A stretch of DNA of 64,000 nucleotides from an uncultured Planctomycetota bacterium (GTDB taxonomy: Bacteria > Planctomycetota > Planctomycetia > Isosphaerales > Isosphaeraceae), in NCBI GenBank assembly GCA_963737655.1, contig CAVTTN010000002.1:6976001-7040000 (forward strand). The letters are read 5' to 3'. The notes below the pieces were generated by a model, which searched no databases, was not told the origin of the DNA, and saw only the letters and a program-made list of their open reading frames with translations. Shown piece by piece: positions 54,742 through 63,825 of this stretch. A program made the position numbers and the translations under genes. Numbering within the stretch: position 1 is the first letter of the stretch; each line of letters begins with the position of its first letter.

Positions 54742-56628
54742 GGAGATCGCCACCGGCTTCAGCACGATGGCCGCGTGGCCGGGGATCCTCCATTGTTCGT
54801 CGGTCTCGATGGGAGGGGCGCCGCAACCTCCGTACCGAGGGTCCTCGCTGTTCCAGAGGATCTCCCAGCGGGCCCATTCCGGAGGGGCGAGCAGCGGCTC
54901 GCTCGACGGGTTGGGGAAGAGGTCTCGGCCGAGGTTGACGATCAGGAGGCGGTCGTCGGCGTCCCCCGACTCGCCGAAGAAGTGGAGGAGGAACGCCTCG
55001 GGGCCGATCACCGCGCCGAACATGCGGTCGGCCCTCTGGAGGCGGAAGGCGGTCTCGGACTTCCGGAGCTTCAGCAGGTCCTGATGCATCAGGACGGCCT
55101 CGGCATTGGCCTCGCGTTCGGACGGGTTGAGCTTGGCGTTCCGGAACGTGGCGGGGTCGCCGGGATCGGGCAGGTGGAACTGCATGGCCGGATGCGCGAT
55201 GCTGCGGAACTGCGAGAGGAACTCGATCCGGCCCTTCTTCACCAGCGACGCCAGGTCGTCCACGTGATCGGCGAAGTACGGGAACGGGTTGGAGGCGTTG
55301 AATTCCTGCCCCTGGAAGAGCATCGGAGTTCCCGGCGCCAGCAGGAGCAAGGCGGTCATCGCCTTGTGCCGGCCCGGGCTGGTCGAACGATGGAGCCGGT
55401 CGCCCCTCGCGGAGTTGGAGACCTGGTCGTGGTTCTCCATGAACATGATGAAGGCCGGGGACGGCAAGTCGAAGGCCCAGGACCCCCGCCTCTTGCCCTG
55501 CCAGCCGAAGTACTGGCCCTGGAACAGGAAGCCCCAGCGGACGGCCGAGAGGAGTTCCTGGGGGCTGCCGTTGAAGTCCGAGTAATAGGCCTCGGACCGC
55601 CCGGTCATGGCGACGACGGCGCTATGGTGGAAGTCGTCGTTCCAGAGCCCGTCCAGCCCGTAGCCTCCGCGGTTGGCGGGCCGGACTTTCTTCGCCCCCT
55701 GGCTCTCGTCCTCGGCGATCAGGAGGATCGACCGGCCGGCCTCGGCGGCGATCGCGCGAGTCCGCCTCGCCAGGTTGGCCAGGAAGTGGTCGGGCGAATC
55801 ATCCAGGATCGACTGCGTGGCGTCGAGGCGGAGGCCGTCGAGGTGGAACTCGTCGATCCAGGACTCGGCGTTGCTCAGGAAGAATTCGCGGACCGGCCCG
55901 CACTCCGGGCCGTCGAAGTTCAGGGCGTCGCCCCAGTCGGTCTTGTCCCGGCTGGTGTTGTAATAATTCTCGGAGAACTCGCGGTGATAGGCGCCGTCGG
56001 GGCCGAGGTGGTTGTAAACGACGTCCAGGATCACCCCCAGGCCCAGGGCGTGGGCCCGATCGACGAAGCCGCGGAAGTCGTCGGGCTCGCCGTAGACGTG
56101 GTACGGGGCGAAGAGGTTCACCCCGTCGTAGCCCCAGCCGAATTCCCCGGGGAATTCGGCCACGGGCATGACCTCCAGGACCGTGATCCCCAGGTCGGCG
56201 AGCCGGGGCAGCTCCTCGACGGCGCTCCGCCAGGTCCCCCCGGGCGTGAACGTGCCGATGTGCATCTCATAAAGGATCTGACCCGGCAGGGTCAGGCCCT
56301 TCCAGGCCGAATCGGTCCAGCGGAAGGCCGAGGGATCGACGACTCGCGAGGGCCCATGAGGCCCCTCGGGCTGGAATCGCGAGGCCGGATCGGGGAACGC
56401 GCCGTCGCCGTCCAGGCGATACCGATAGAGCGTCCCGGCGCGGGCCGTCGGCACAAAGCCCGAGAAATACCCCGCCGGCTCGGGCGTCAGGGGGATCGGC
56501 CGACCCTCGCCCTCCATCAAGACATCGACGGATCGCCGCCTCGGGGCCCAGACGCGGAAATGGACTCCGCCGCCCGCGGCCACGTTCGCCCCGACGGGCA
56601 ATCGTCCGGGACGTTGAATGCTCTTCAT
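54733..56628 (-). CDS. treZ: Malto-oligosyltrehalose trehalohydrolase (GH13)
   Basis: FRVWAP, PDPASRFQPEGPHGPS, YEMHIGTFT, WGYDGV, DVVYNHLGPDG, DGLRLDAT, NHDQ. Confidence 0.92.
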   Translation of the reverse strand: MKSIQRPGRLPVGANVAAGGGVHFRVWAPRRRSVDVLMEGEGRPIPLTPEPAGYFSGFVPTARAGTLYRYRLDGDGAFPDPASRFQPEGPHGPSRVVDPSAFRWTDSAWKGLTLPGQILYEMHIGTFTPGGTWRSAVEELPRLADLGITVLEVMPVAEFPGEFGWGYDGVNLFAPYHVYGEPDDFRGFVDRAHALGLGVILDVVYNHLGPDGAYHREFSENYYNTSRDKTDWGDALNFDGPECGPVREFFLSNAESWIDEFHLDGLRLDATQSILDDSPDHFLANLARRTRAIAAEAGRSILLIAEDESQGAKKVRPANRGGYGLDGLWNDDFHHSAVVAMTGRSEAYYSDFNGSPQELLSAVRWGFLFQGQYFGWQGKRRGSWAFDLPSPAFIMFMENHDQVSNSARGDRLHRSTSPGRHKAMTALLLLAPGTPMLFQGQEFNASNPFPYFADHVDDLASLVKKGRIEFLSQFRSIAHPAMQFHLPDPGDPATFRNAKLNPSEREANAEAVLMHQDLLKLRKSETAFRLQRADRMFGAVIGPEAFLLHFFGESGDADDRLLIVNLGRDLFPNPSSEPLLAPPEWARWEILWNSEDPRYGGCGAPPIETDEQWRIPGHAAIVLKPVAISGA

Positions 56629-56779
56629 CGGTTCTGGCCTCTCCTCATCTCGGCGTTCCGGGCCGAGGTGTTGCGGCGGGTAGCAAAGCCGATGCCGAGG
56701 CCCGGCTGGACCATTGACTCGGCGCCCTCACCGTGTGAGAAGATTTGGAAAGGTTCCTCAATCCGAAAGGACACCGACG

Positions 56780-57790
56780 ATGCCGTCCGCCCCCGACATC
56801 AGCGATTTCGTGACCTGGAAGGCCGATACCGACCGCGAGAAGTGGTACAACAAGGACAAGAAGGCCCGGAGCACCGAGCTGGGCAACCTCGACCTCTGGA
56901 TTCAGGCGTACAACGCCTCGAAGAAGCCGACGGACCTGGAGATGCTCAAACGGTCGCTGGGGACCTGGATCGGGCCGAAGACCAAGAACGACGGCACGAT
57001 CAAGACGATCCGCGACCACAGCGGGGCCGTGACCCGGCTCAAGACGGTCATCGACAACGCGACCCGCCTGGTCGAGCCGGTGATCTGGGACGAGCGGTTC
57101 CCGGGGATCTTCATCGCCCACGACAACTACCGAGGAGAGGCCTGGGTCCCCGACGACTTCGTGTCGAAGACCGAGGAGGCGCTCAACACGATCATCACCC
57201 AGCCCGTGGGGCTCGCCCTGATCCAGGCGGTCTCCGACAAGTGCCGAGTCGACGCGACGAAGAAGGTCATCATCGAGTACATCCGAGGCGGGGCGATCGC
57301 CGCGCCGACCAGCGACACCTCCAATGAGTTCCGCCGGAAGATCCAGCTCCCGAACATGCTCGGCGGCGAGACCGGGTTCGTGGCTTCCCAGATGAGCAAC
57401 CCCGACATCGTGGCCCGGCCGACCGGGAACCTGCTGAAGAGCGGGACCATCAAGGAGTACATCGGGGGGACCGGGGCCAGCGCCATCATCTGCTTCAACC
57501 ACAACGACACCGGCCTGGACGGCCGACCGAAATTCGTCGCCCTGGCCCATGAGATGGTCCACGCCCTCCACTACCTCAACGGCATGTGCTACCGGGGGAT
57601 CGGGGACAAGATCGAGTCGGGGATGAACTCGGGGATCATGGAGGAGGAAATGCGCACCGTCGGGTTCGCGAAGTATGAGAAGGAGGTCCCCTCGGAGAAC
57701 GCGATCCGGGACGAGCACAGAGTCCCCCGTCGCAAGCACTACATCCCCGACTCGAACTGGGATCACGTCGTGGCGTCGGTCTTCGTTTGA
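56780..57790 (+). CDS. Zinc metalloprotease, M91/NleD-like (HExxH)
   Basis: LAHEMVHALH...EEEMRTVG...SENAIRDEH..PRRKHY; AAAGGA RBS; no signal peptide. Confidence 0.8.
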   Translation: MPSAPDISDFVTWKADTDREKWYNKDKKARSTELGNLDLWIQAYNASKKPTDLEMLKRSLGTWIGPKTKNDGTIKTIRDHSGAVTRLKTVIDNATRLVEPVIWDERFPGIFIAHDNYRGEAWVPDDFVSKTEEALNTIITQPVGLALIQAVSDKCRVDATKKVIIEYIRGGAIAAPTSDTSNEFRRKIQLPNMLGGETGFVASQMSNPDIVARPTGNLLKSGTIKEYIGGTGASAIICFNHNDTGLDGRPKFVALAHEMVHALHYLNGMCYRGIGDKIESGMNSGIMEEEMRTVGFAKYEKEVPSENAIRDEHRVPRRKHYIPDSNWDHVVASVFV

Positions 57791-57904
57791 GGTCGGCGGG
57801 CCCTTACGATCGCCCCCGGGCCGCGATAGAGTCAGGAATCGGGGCCGGGCGACGCCCTGGCCTCCGGACCATCCGACCCGAACCCGCCCCGCGAGGAACC
57901 CGCC

Positions 57905-58894
57905 ATGCGAGACCTCCCGAACCCCGAGTGCCCCGACTGCCGAGATGGGGCCGTCTCCCGCCGAGACTTCGTCCGGGCCGTCGGAGGCGCCGCCCTCGCC
58001 GGGGGGCTGATCCCCCGGATCGCCTCCGCCAACGCCTCCCCTCGCCGGGTCGCCGACCCCGAAACCGCCGTCAAGCGGTTCTACGACACGCTCACCCCCG
58101 CCCAGAAGACGGCCATCTGCTTCCCCTTCGACCACGAGAAGCGCAAGAGGATCAACGCCAACTGGGCGATCACCGACCTGAAGATCGGCGACTACTCCAA
58201 GGACCAGCAAGCCCTGATCGACGAGATCTTCAAGGGCGTGACCAGCCCCGAGGGCTACGAGCGCTTCCAGAAGCAGATGGACGACGACTCCGGCGGGTTC
58301 GACAACTACCACGTCGCCGTCTTCGGCGAGCCCGGCTCGAACCAGTTCGAATGGGTGCTCACCGGCCGGCACTGCACCATCCGGGCCGACGGCGACTCGG
58401 TCGAAGGCGCCGCCTTCGGAGGGCCGATCATCTACGGCCACGGCGAAGGCGACGGCCAGAAGGGCCTCCCCGGCAACGTCTTCTACTACCAGACCAAGAA
58501 GGCCAATGAGGTCTTCACGGCGCTCGACGGCAAGCAGCGAGAGCTCGCGCTGGTCGCCAAGGCCCCGGCCGAAAACAAGGTGCAGGTCCAGGGATCTTCG
58601 GGCAAGTTCCCGGGCATCGGCGTGGGCGAGCTCTCGAAGGACCAGAAGGGCCTCGTGGAGTCCGTGATCAAGGTCATCCTCGCCCCGTACCGCGAGAAGG
58701 ACGTGAACGAGGCGCTCGACGTCCTCAAGGCCGGAGGCGGCCTGGACGCCCTCCACATGGCGTTCTACGAGTCCGACGACCTCGGCGCCGACCACGAGTG
58801 GGACCTCTGGAGGCTGGAAGGCCCCGACTTCGTCTGGCACTTCCGAGGCGCCCCTCACGTCCACGCGTATGTGAACGTCACGAAGAAGGCGTAA
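57905..58894 (+). CDS. DUF3500 domain protein (Tat substrate)
   Basis: SRRDFV leader; YHVAVFGEPG, WVLTGRH, WRLEGP..VW.F...PHVH. Confidence 0.8.
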   Translation: MRDLPNPECPDCRDGAVSRRDFVRAVGGAALAGGLIPRIASANASPRRVADPETAVKRFYDTLTPAQKTAICFPFDHEKRKRINANWAITDLKIGDYSKDQQALIDEIFKGVTSPEGYERFQKQMDDDSGGFDNYHVAVFGEPGSNQFEWVLTGRHCTIRADGDSVEGAAFGGPIIYGHGEGDGQKGLPGNVFYYQTKKANEVFTALDGKQRELALVAKAPAENKVQVQGSSGKFPGIGVGELSKDQKGLVESVIKVILAPYREKDVNEALDVLKAGGGLDALHMAFYESDDLGADHEWDLWRLEGPDFVWHFRGAPHVHAYVNVTKKA

Positions 58895-58932
58895 TTCCGG
58901 CTCCGGAGAAATCCACGGATGGGCCGGCCCGG

Positions 58933-59037
58933 ATTCACCACCAAGCCACCAAGCCCACGGAGGAAGACACGAAAACGACCGGGATGCACCCACGTCTTCG
59001 TGTCTTCCTCCGTGGGCTTGGTGGCTTGGTGGTGAAT
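58933..59037. repeat. Inverted-repeat element (ACCACCAAG variant) between convergent genes
   Basis: 58933-58973 is the perfect reverse complement of 58997-59037 (41 bp); flanked by the 15-bp direct repeat CGGATGGGCCGGCCC (58916-58930, 59047-59061). Confidence 0.9.
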
Positions 59038-59071
59038 GGCTTTGGCCGGATGGGCCGGCCCATCGCCCGTT

Positions 59072-59929
59072 TCAGAGCCGGTAGACCCGAACGGCGTTGT
59101 CGTGGAACAACCGCCGCCGATCGGCCTCGGGCCTCGCCGCGACGATCGTCTTCAGGGCCTCGACCCACTGCCTGAGCGTCGCGGCGAGGGTGCAAACCGG
59201 CCAGTCGCCGCCGAACACCACGCGATCGGGCCCGAAGGCGTCCAGGACATGGTTGACGATCGGCGCCAGGTCGTCGGCCGTCCACGGCCCTGGCGCGGCC
59301 GAGGCGACGATCCCCGAGATCTTCGCCACCACGTTCTTTCGCTCGGCCAGGCGGAGGATCTCGGCCTTCCACGGCGCGAGGTCCTTCGTCCTCACGCCCG
59401 GATTGCCGCAATGGTCGAGGATGAACGACGTGTCGGGGCACTCGTCGGCCAGCTTCGCCACGTTCGGCAGCTCGCCGGGGCGGATGCACAGGTCGAAGCT
59501 CAACCCACGCTCGCCCAGGAGCCTCATCCCGGCGACGAACCCCGGCGCCAGGCAATAACCCGCGGGCGTTCCCGGGACGTGCAACACCTGCCGGACACCC
59601 TTCAGGGCCTTGCGGTCGCGGAATCGGTCCAGGTACGCCTTGAACCCGTCCGACGCCGGCCTCCCCGAGATCACCGCGCCGGCGGGGACGGCCTTCTCGT
59701 GATCGCAGAGGTCCAGGGCCCAGGTGGCCTCGGCGGTTTGCTGGTCGGGCGTGACGTCCACTTCCATGGAGACCGCCTTGACGATCCCCAGCCCCTCGGC
59801 CTCGGCGAGGTAATCCGCCAGGCGGTAGCAGCGATTCAGCTTCGGCTCCCCCGCCAGCCACTCGAGCCTGAACTTGTCGAGGTCCCAGAGATGCTGATGA
59901 GTGTCGATGATGGGTAGGGAGCCTCTCAT
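59072..59929 (-). CDS. Amidohydrolase family 2 (lactonase-like)
   Basis: IIDTHQHLW, ILDHCGNP, AKISG, FGPDRVVFGGDWPV, NAVRVYRL. Confidence 0.9.
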   Translation of the reverse strand: MRGSLPIIDTHQHLWDLDKFRLEWLAGEPKLNRCYRLADYLAEAEGLGIVKAVSMEVDVTPDQQTAEATWALDLCDHEKAVPAGAVISGRPASDGFKAYLDRFRDRKALKGVRQVLHVPGTPAGYCLAPGFVAGMRLLGERGLSFDLCIRPGELPNVAKLADECPDTSFILDHCGNPGVRTKDLAPWKAEILRLAERKNVVAKISGIVASAAPGPWTADDLAPIVNHVLDAFGPDRVVFGGDWPVCTLAATLRQWVEALKTIVAARPEADRRRLFHDNAVRVYRL

Positions 59930-59935
59930 CTCTCT

Positions 59936-60883
59936 TCATCTCCGTTCTTGGCTTATGTTGCTCGACGAGAAAACCTCTTTCGCCTTCTTCACGTCGATGG
60001 CGATCTGATCGATCAATTCCGAGGCGCCCGCGAATGCCCGGGACGGCCGGAGGCGGTCGATCAGGTCCACCTCGATCTCCTTCCCGTACAGGTTCCCCCG
60101 GAAATCGAGGAGGTGGACCTCGACCGTCCGCGACGAGGCGCCGAAGGTGGCGTTGGGGCCGATGTGGGCGGCGGCGGGACGGGATTCGCCGTCGATCCGG
60201 GCCAGGACGGCGTAGACCCCATCGGCGGGGATTTGCGTGTCGATCCCGTCGAGGTTGGCAGTGGGGAATCCGATCCCGGCGCCTCGGCCCGCGCCCCGGA
60301 CCACCCGACCCCGGAGCCGATGAGGCCGTCCCAGCAGATCGGCGGCCTCGGCGACCTGTCCTTCGGCCAGGGCCCGGCGGATTCGGGACGAGGAGACGAT
60401 CCGGCCCTCGATCTCCGTGGGGGAGGCGACCTCGAAATCCATTTCGTTCTCGGCGCACCACGAGCCCAGCAGCGCCGCGTCTCCGCCTCGATCGCGGCCG
60501 AAGCCGAACGTGGGGCCTTCGACCATCCCCCTGGCGGCGAACTGGCCGAGGATCACGCGATCGAAGAACTCGCGGGCCGTCAGGCCGAGAAGCCAGGGCC
60601 CGGTGCGGAATACGCCGACGTCGGAGGCCCCGGCCTCCTTCAGCAATTCGACCTTGCGGGCGGCCCAGGTCAGCGGCACGGGGGCCGACTCGGGCCGGAG
60701 CAGGGCGACGGGCTGGGGATCGAACGTGAGCGCCAGGGCCGGGGCGCCGGCGAGATCGGCCCGGCTTCGGAGCCGGGCGAGCAGGTGCGCATGACCTCGG
60801 TGGACGCCGTCGAAGTTGCCGACGGCGAGGAACGCTCCCCGAACCGCCTGGGGAACCGGGCCGAAGTCGTCGAGCGTGATCAC
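59936..60883 (-). CDS. ribF: Bifunctional riboflavin kinase/FAD synthetase
   Basis: GNFDGVHRGH, VSSSRIR, GFPTAN, VEVHLLDF; GTG start at 60883 assumed. Confidence 0.95.
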   Translation of the reverse strand: MITLDDFGPVPQAVRGAFLAVGNFDGVHRGHAHLLARLRSRADLAGAPALALTFDPQPVALLRPESAPVPLTWAARKVELLKEAGASDVGVFRTGPWLLGLTAREFFDRVILGQFAARGMVEGPTFGFGRDRGGDAALLGSWCAENEMDFEVASPTEIEGRIVSSSRIRRALAEGQVAEAADLLGRPHRLRGRVVRGAGRGAGIGFPTANLDGIDTQIPADGVYAVLARIDGESRPAAAHIGPNATFGASSRTVEVHLLDFRGNLYGKEIEVDLIDRLRPSRAFAGASELIDQIAIDVKKAKEVFSSSNISQERR

Positions 60884-61118
60884 CGACGCCAATCCCCCGC
60901 CGTCGATCGAGTCCGGGCGAATCACCCCCTCCGCCGCGCCAGGACCGGGGGACGCCCTCATTATCGCTCCGGTTCGTCCGGGCGGTCAATCGGGTCGAGA
61001 GCCGTCCGCGTTCCGCGGGCCGCTCACCACTGCCCGCCGTCGCTCCGACGGACTATCATGACCTCGGCACCGCCTGGAACGGGGCCGATCTGATCCGAGA
61101 GCGGAGCGATTCTCGCCG

Positions 61119-62240
61119 ATGAACTTGTTGATCCTTGGGGATGGCGCCGAGGAACTCGCGTGGGCGCGGGCCCTGCTCGATGGCTCCGAGCATCGCCTGG
61201 TGGCCGCGTGCCCCGGGTTCAAGTCGATGCCCGACCTCCCGGGCGGCCAGGACCTCGACGCCGCCCTCGCGATCGCGGGCCTCGATGGCGTGATCGTCGG
61301 CGGAGACCCCGCGTTGCGGGCCGAGGGGCTGCGGAGGGCGGCTTCGACGGGCCTCCCCGCCGTCGTCCTCCATCCTCCGGGGCCGAACGCCGACCCGTAT
61401 TATCAGGTCGCGATGAGCCGCCAGGAGACCGGCGCGATCGTCGTTCCCGACCTTCCCGGCCGGCTCCATCCGGGCGTGGCCACCCTGGAAAAAGCCCTTC
61501 GAGAGCCGGGTGCCGCCGGGGCGAGGAGCGTCCGCTACGAGGCCAACGTCGGGCCGGCGGAGGGTCGAGACGCGCTGACCCGGGCGTTCTCGCGGGTCGT
61601 GGACGTCGTCCGCGCTTTGATCGGCGAGGTCCAGACCGTCAGCGCCACCGGAATCCCCTCGAACGAGGCGCCGACCGAGGCCTTGACGGTCCATCTGAAG
61701 GGGGAAACCGGCCGCCACGCCGAAATCCGCCTGACGACCGGCCCCTTCGAGCCGGCGAAACTCGTCGCCGTCACGCCCGACGGCTCCTCGGCGCTCGAAT
61801 GCGACCCGGATTTCTCGGGGCCGTCCCGACTGATCCGCCGATCGCCCCGGGATGGCGAATCCGTGACCGAGATCGATCCGTGGGACGGCAAGGCCGCGAT
61901 CTTGAAGGCCCTGTTGGCGGCCTCGACCGAGATCGAACCATCCCCGGGGCTGAACGACGGCACCCGGGCCATGGAGATCACCGAGGCCGTGGGCCGAGGG
62001 CTCCGCAAGGGCCGGACGATTGACCTCGTCTATGAGGAGATGACCGAAGTTGGCTCGTTCAAGTCGATCATGACGGGACTGGGGTGCATCCTCCTGTTCG
62101 GGGCGTTGCTCATCCTGCTCGTGGCGGCGGCGGCGCAGGGGCTGGGGTTCGAGAACGCGGTGTATGTCGCCTGGGTCATCCCGCCGGCCCTGGTGATCTT
62201 CGCCCTGTTCCAGCTCTTCCGATTCGGGATCAAAACGTAA
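61119..62240 (+). CDS. Gfo/Idh/MocA-like protein with two C-terminal TM helices
   Basis: Rossmann-like start (MNLLILGDG), DGTRAMEITEA, FKSIMTGLGC then TM segments. Confidence 0.6.
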   Translation: MNLLILGDGAEELAWARALLDGSEHRLVAACPGFKSMPDLPGGQDLDAALAIAGLDGVIVGGDPALRAEGLRRAASTGLPAVVLHPPGPNADPYYQVAMSRQETGAIVVPDLPGRLHPGVATLEKALREPGAAGARSVRYEANVGPAEGRDALTRAFSRVVDVVRALIGEVQTVSATGIPSNEAPTEALTVHLKGETGRHAEIRLTTGPFEPAKLVAVTPDGSSALECDPDFSGPSRLIRRSPRDGESVTEIDPWDGKAAILKALLAASTEIEPSPGLNDGTRAMEITEAVGRGLRKGRTIDLVYEEMTEVGSFKSIMTGLGCILLFGALLILLVAAAAQGLGFENAVYVAWVIPPALVIFALFQLFRFGIKT

Positions 62241-62394
62241 GATGCATGAAATGCACCGCTCTCTGGGGCGGGCGAGGGCTGCCACCTCGCGGCGGCCATC
62301 GGACGCCTTCCGACTCCGAATCTCGACCCGAATTTGAAGAATCCGGCGGCTGCGGCCTCCGCCCGCGCGAGTTGGTGCATTTCATGCACCCTAC
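62237..62394. repeat. Inverted REP pair (REPIN-like)
   Basis: GTAAGATGCATGAAATGCACC (62237-62257) and GGTGCATTTCATGCACCCTAC (62374-62394); inner GCCCGCGCGAGTT resembles the inner arm of the 51114 cluster. Confidence 0.85.
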
Positions 62395-62405
62395 TTGGAG
62401 GCGTT

Positions 62406-63749
62406 TCATCCTCCCGAGGAGCCGGGGTGGCTTGGGAGGGTCAGCCCGGTGGGCTTGAGGTCCAGCAGGACCGTCGCTCGGATCGCGAAGCCGGCCTTGC
62501 CGAGCAAGGGATTCACGATCGAGCTATTGATGCCGATCAATTCCCCTTCCTTCGAATACAGGCCGCCGCCGCTGTTGCCGTAGGTGATGCTGGAGTCGTG
62601 CTGGATGATCGGCACCTGGCGCTTGGGGGTATCCTTGGGGTGCGGGGTGGTCCTCGTGGCGGAGACGACTCCCTTGGTGAACGTCCAGCCCAACCCCACG
62701 GGGTTCCCCACCGCAAACACGTCCTGGCCGGCGATGATCTTGGGCATGGTCTGCCAGACGACCGGCTCGATCTCCTTCGGGGCCTTGGCGGCGATCATGG
62801 CCAGGTCGATGGCGTCGGGGGCGATCCAGACGACCGAGCCCGGGTTACTCACCTTGTTGTAGTAGGTGATCTGCAGAGGCGCGATGTTCGTCATGGGGGT
62901 CTCGGAGACACCCTGAGAGTGGGCGAACAGCATATCCACGACGTGGTGGTTCGTCAGGATCAGGACCATGTCGCCGTCTCTCTGGACGATCACCCCCGAG
63001 CCGACCGACTGGTTGGGGATCTCGATCTGGACGTTGGCCTTCATGGCCTTCTGGATCACGGGGGGCTGGCCTTCGAGGTCGATATCACCTCCGGGGAGGC
63101 CACCGGTGGGCCCTCCGCCCTGGCCCTGCCGGGGCGGGGGCTGGACCCTCTGGAACCCCTCGGGCACCGAGTATTCGGGAATACGCCGGAGGGCCTCGTT
63201 CGAGGCGGTGGGCGCTCCCGCCGGCCCGTCAGGGTTCATGAAGTTCCAGACGCTCCAGGCGACCAGCGGCAGGACGGCGTAGATCAGGGTCATCGCGCCG
63301 GAGACCTGGAGCATCTTCTTGGCCTTCGGCAGCTTCTTCGCGGCCCAGATGCCGCCGATGATCAAACCCACCGGCGCCAGGATAATGGCGGCGAAATACT
63401 CGGCCGGGTTCGGGTCGGACGATTCCTTCGCCGAGGCCGAGGCCGGGGCGAACTTGCCCCGAGGCACGGTCGAGGCGACCGCTCCCTCGTCGAGGAACTC
63501 GCCGCAGTGCTTGCATTTCTTGGCAGTCGCGAGGATGCTCTCGCCGCAATACGAGCAATCTTTCATCGAAGGAGACGGCGCGGCCATCGAGGGCCGATAC
63601 GCCGGAGCGGCCGGCAACGGCTCGCCCGATTCTTCCGGGACCACGATGATCCCCGAGCATTTCGGGCACTTGATCTTCTTGCCCGCCGCGATCCCGGGGG
63701 GCAGCTTGAGTTTCGCGCCGCAGTCGCAGGAAACGATCGCCGGTTCCAA
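62406..63749 (-). CDS. Membrane-anchored trypsin-like (S1C) serine protease with N-terminal zinc ribbons
   Basis: CDC...CPKC and CSYC...CKHC, two TMs, GSG, LTNHHV, DLA, GNPVG, GNSGGG; TTG start with GGAGG RBS. Confidence 0.88.
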   Translation of the reverse strand: MEPAIVSCDCGAKLKLPPGIAAGKKIKCPKCSGIIVVPEESGEPLPAAPAYRPSMAAPSPSMKDCSYCGESILATAKKCKHCGEFLDEGAVASTVPRGKFAPASASAKESSDPNPAEYFAAIILAPVGLIIGGIWAAKKLPKAKKMLQVSGAMTLIYAVLPLVAWSVWNFMNPDGPAGAPTASNEALRRIPEYSVPEGFQRVQPPPRQGQGGGPTGGLPGGDIDLEGQPPVIQKAMKANVQIEIPNQSVGSGVIVQRDGDMVLILTNHHVVDMLFAHSQGVSETPMTNIAPLQITYYNKVSNPGSVVWIAPDAIDLAMIAAKAPKEIEPVVWQTMPKIIAGQDVFAVGNPVGLGWTFTKGVVSATRTTPHPKDTPKRQVPIIQHDSSITYGNSGGGLYSKEGELIGINSSIVNPLLGKAGFAIRATVLLDLKPTGLTLPSHPGSSGG

Positions 63750-63825
63750 GGCCGTGCCCTCCCTCGCCGAGGCCCAGAAGTCTCCCGAGATTGTGAACGA
63801 CTCCGGCGAAGGAAACAAGTTTCCA

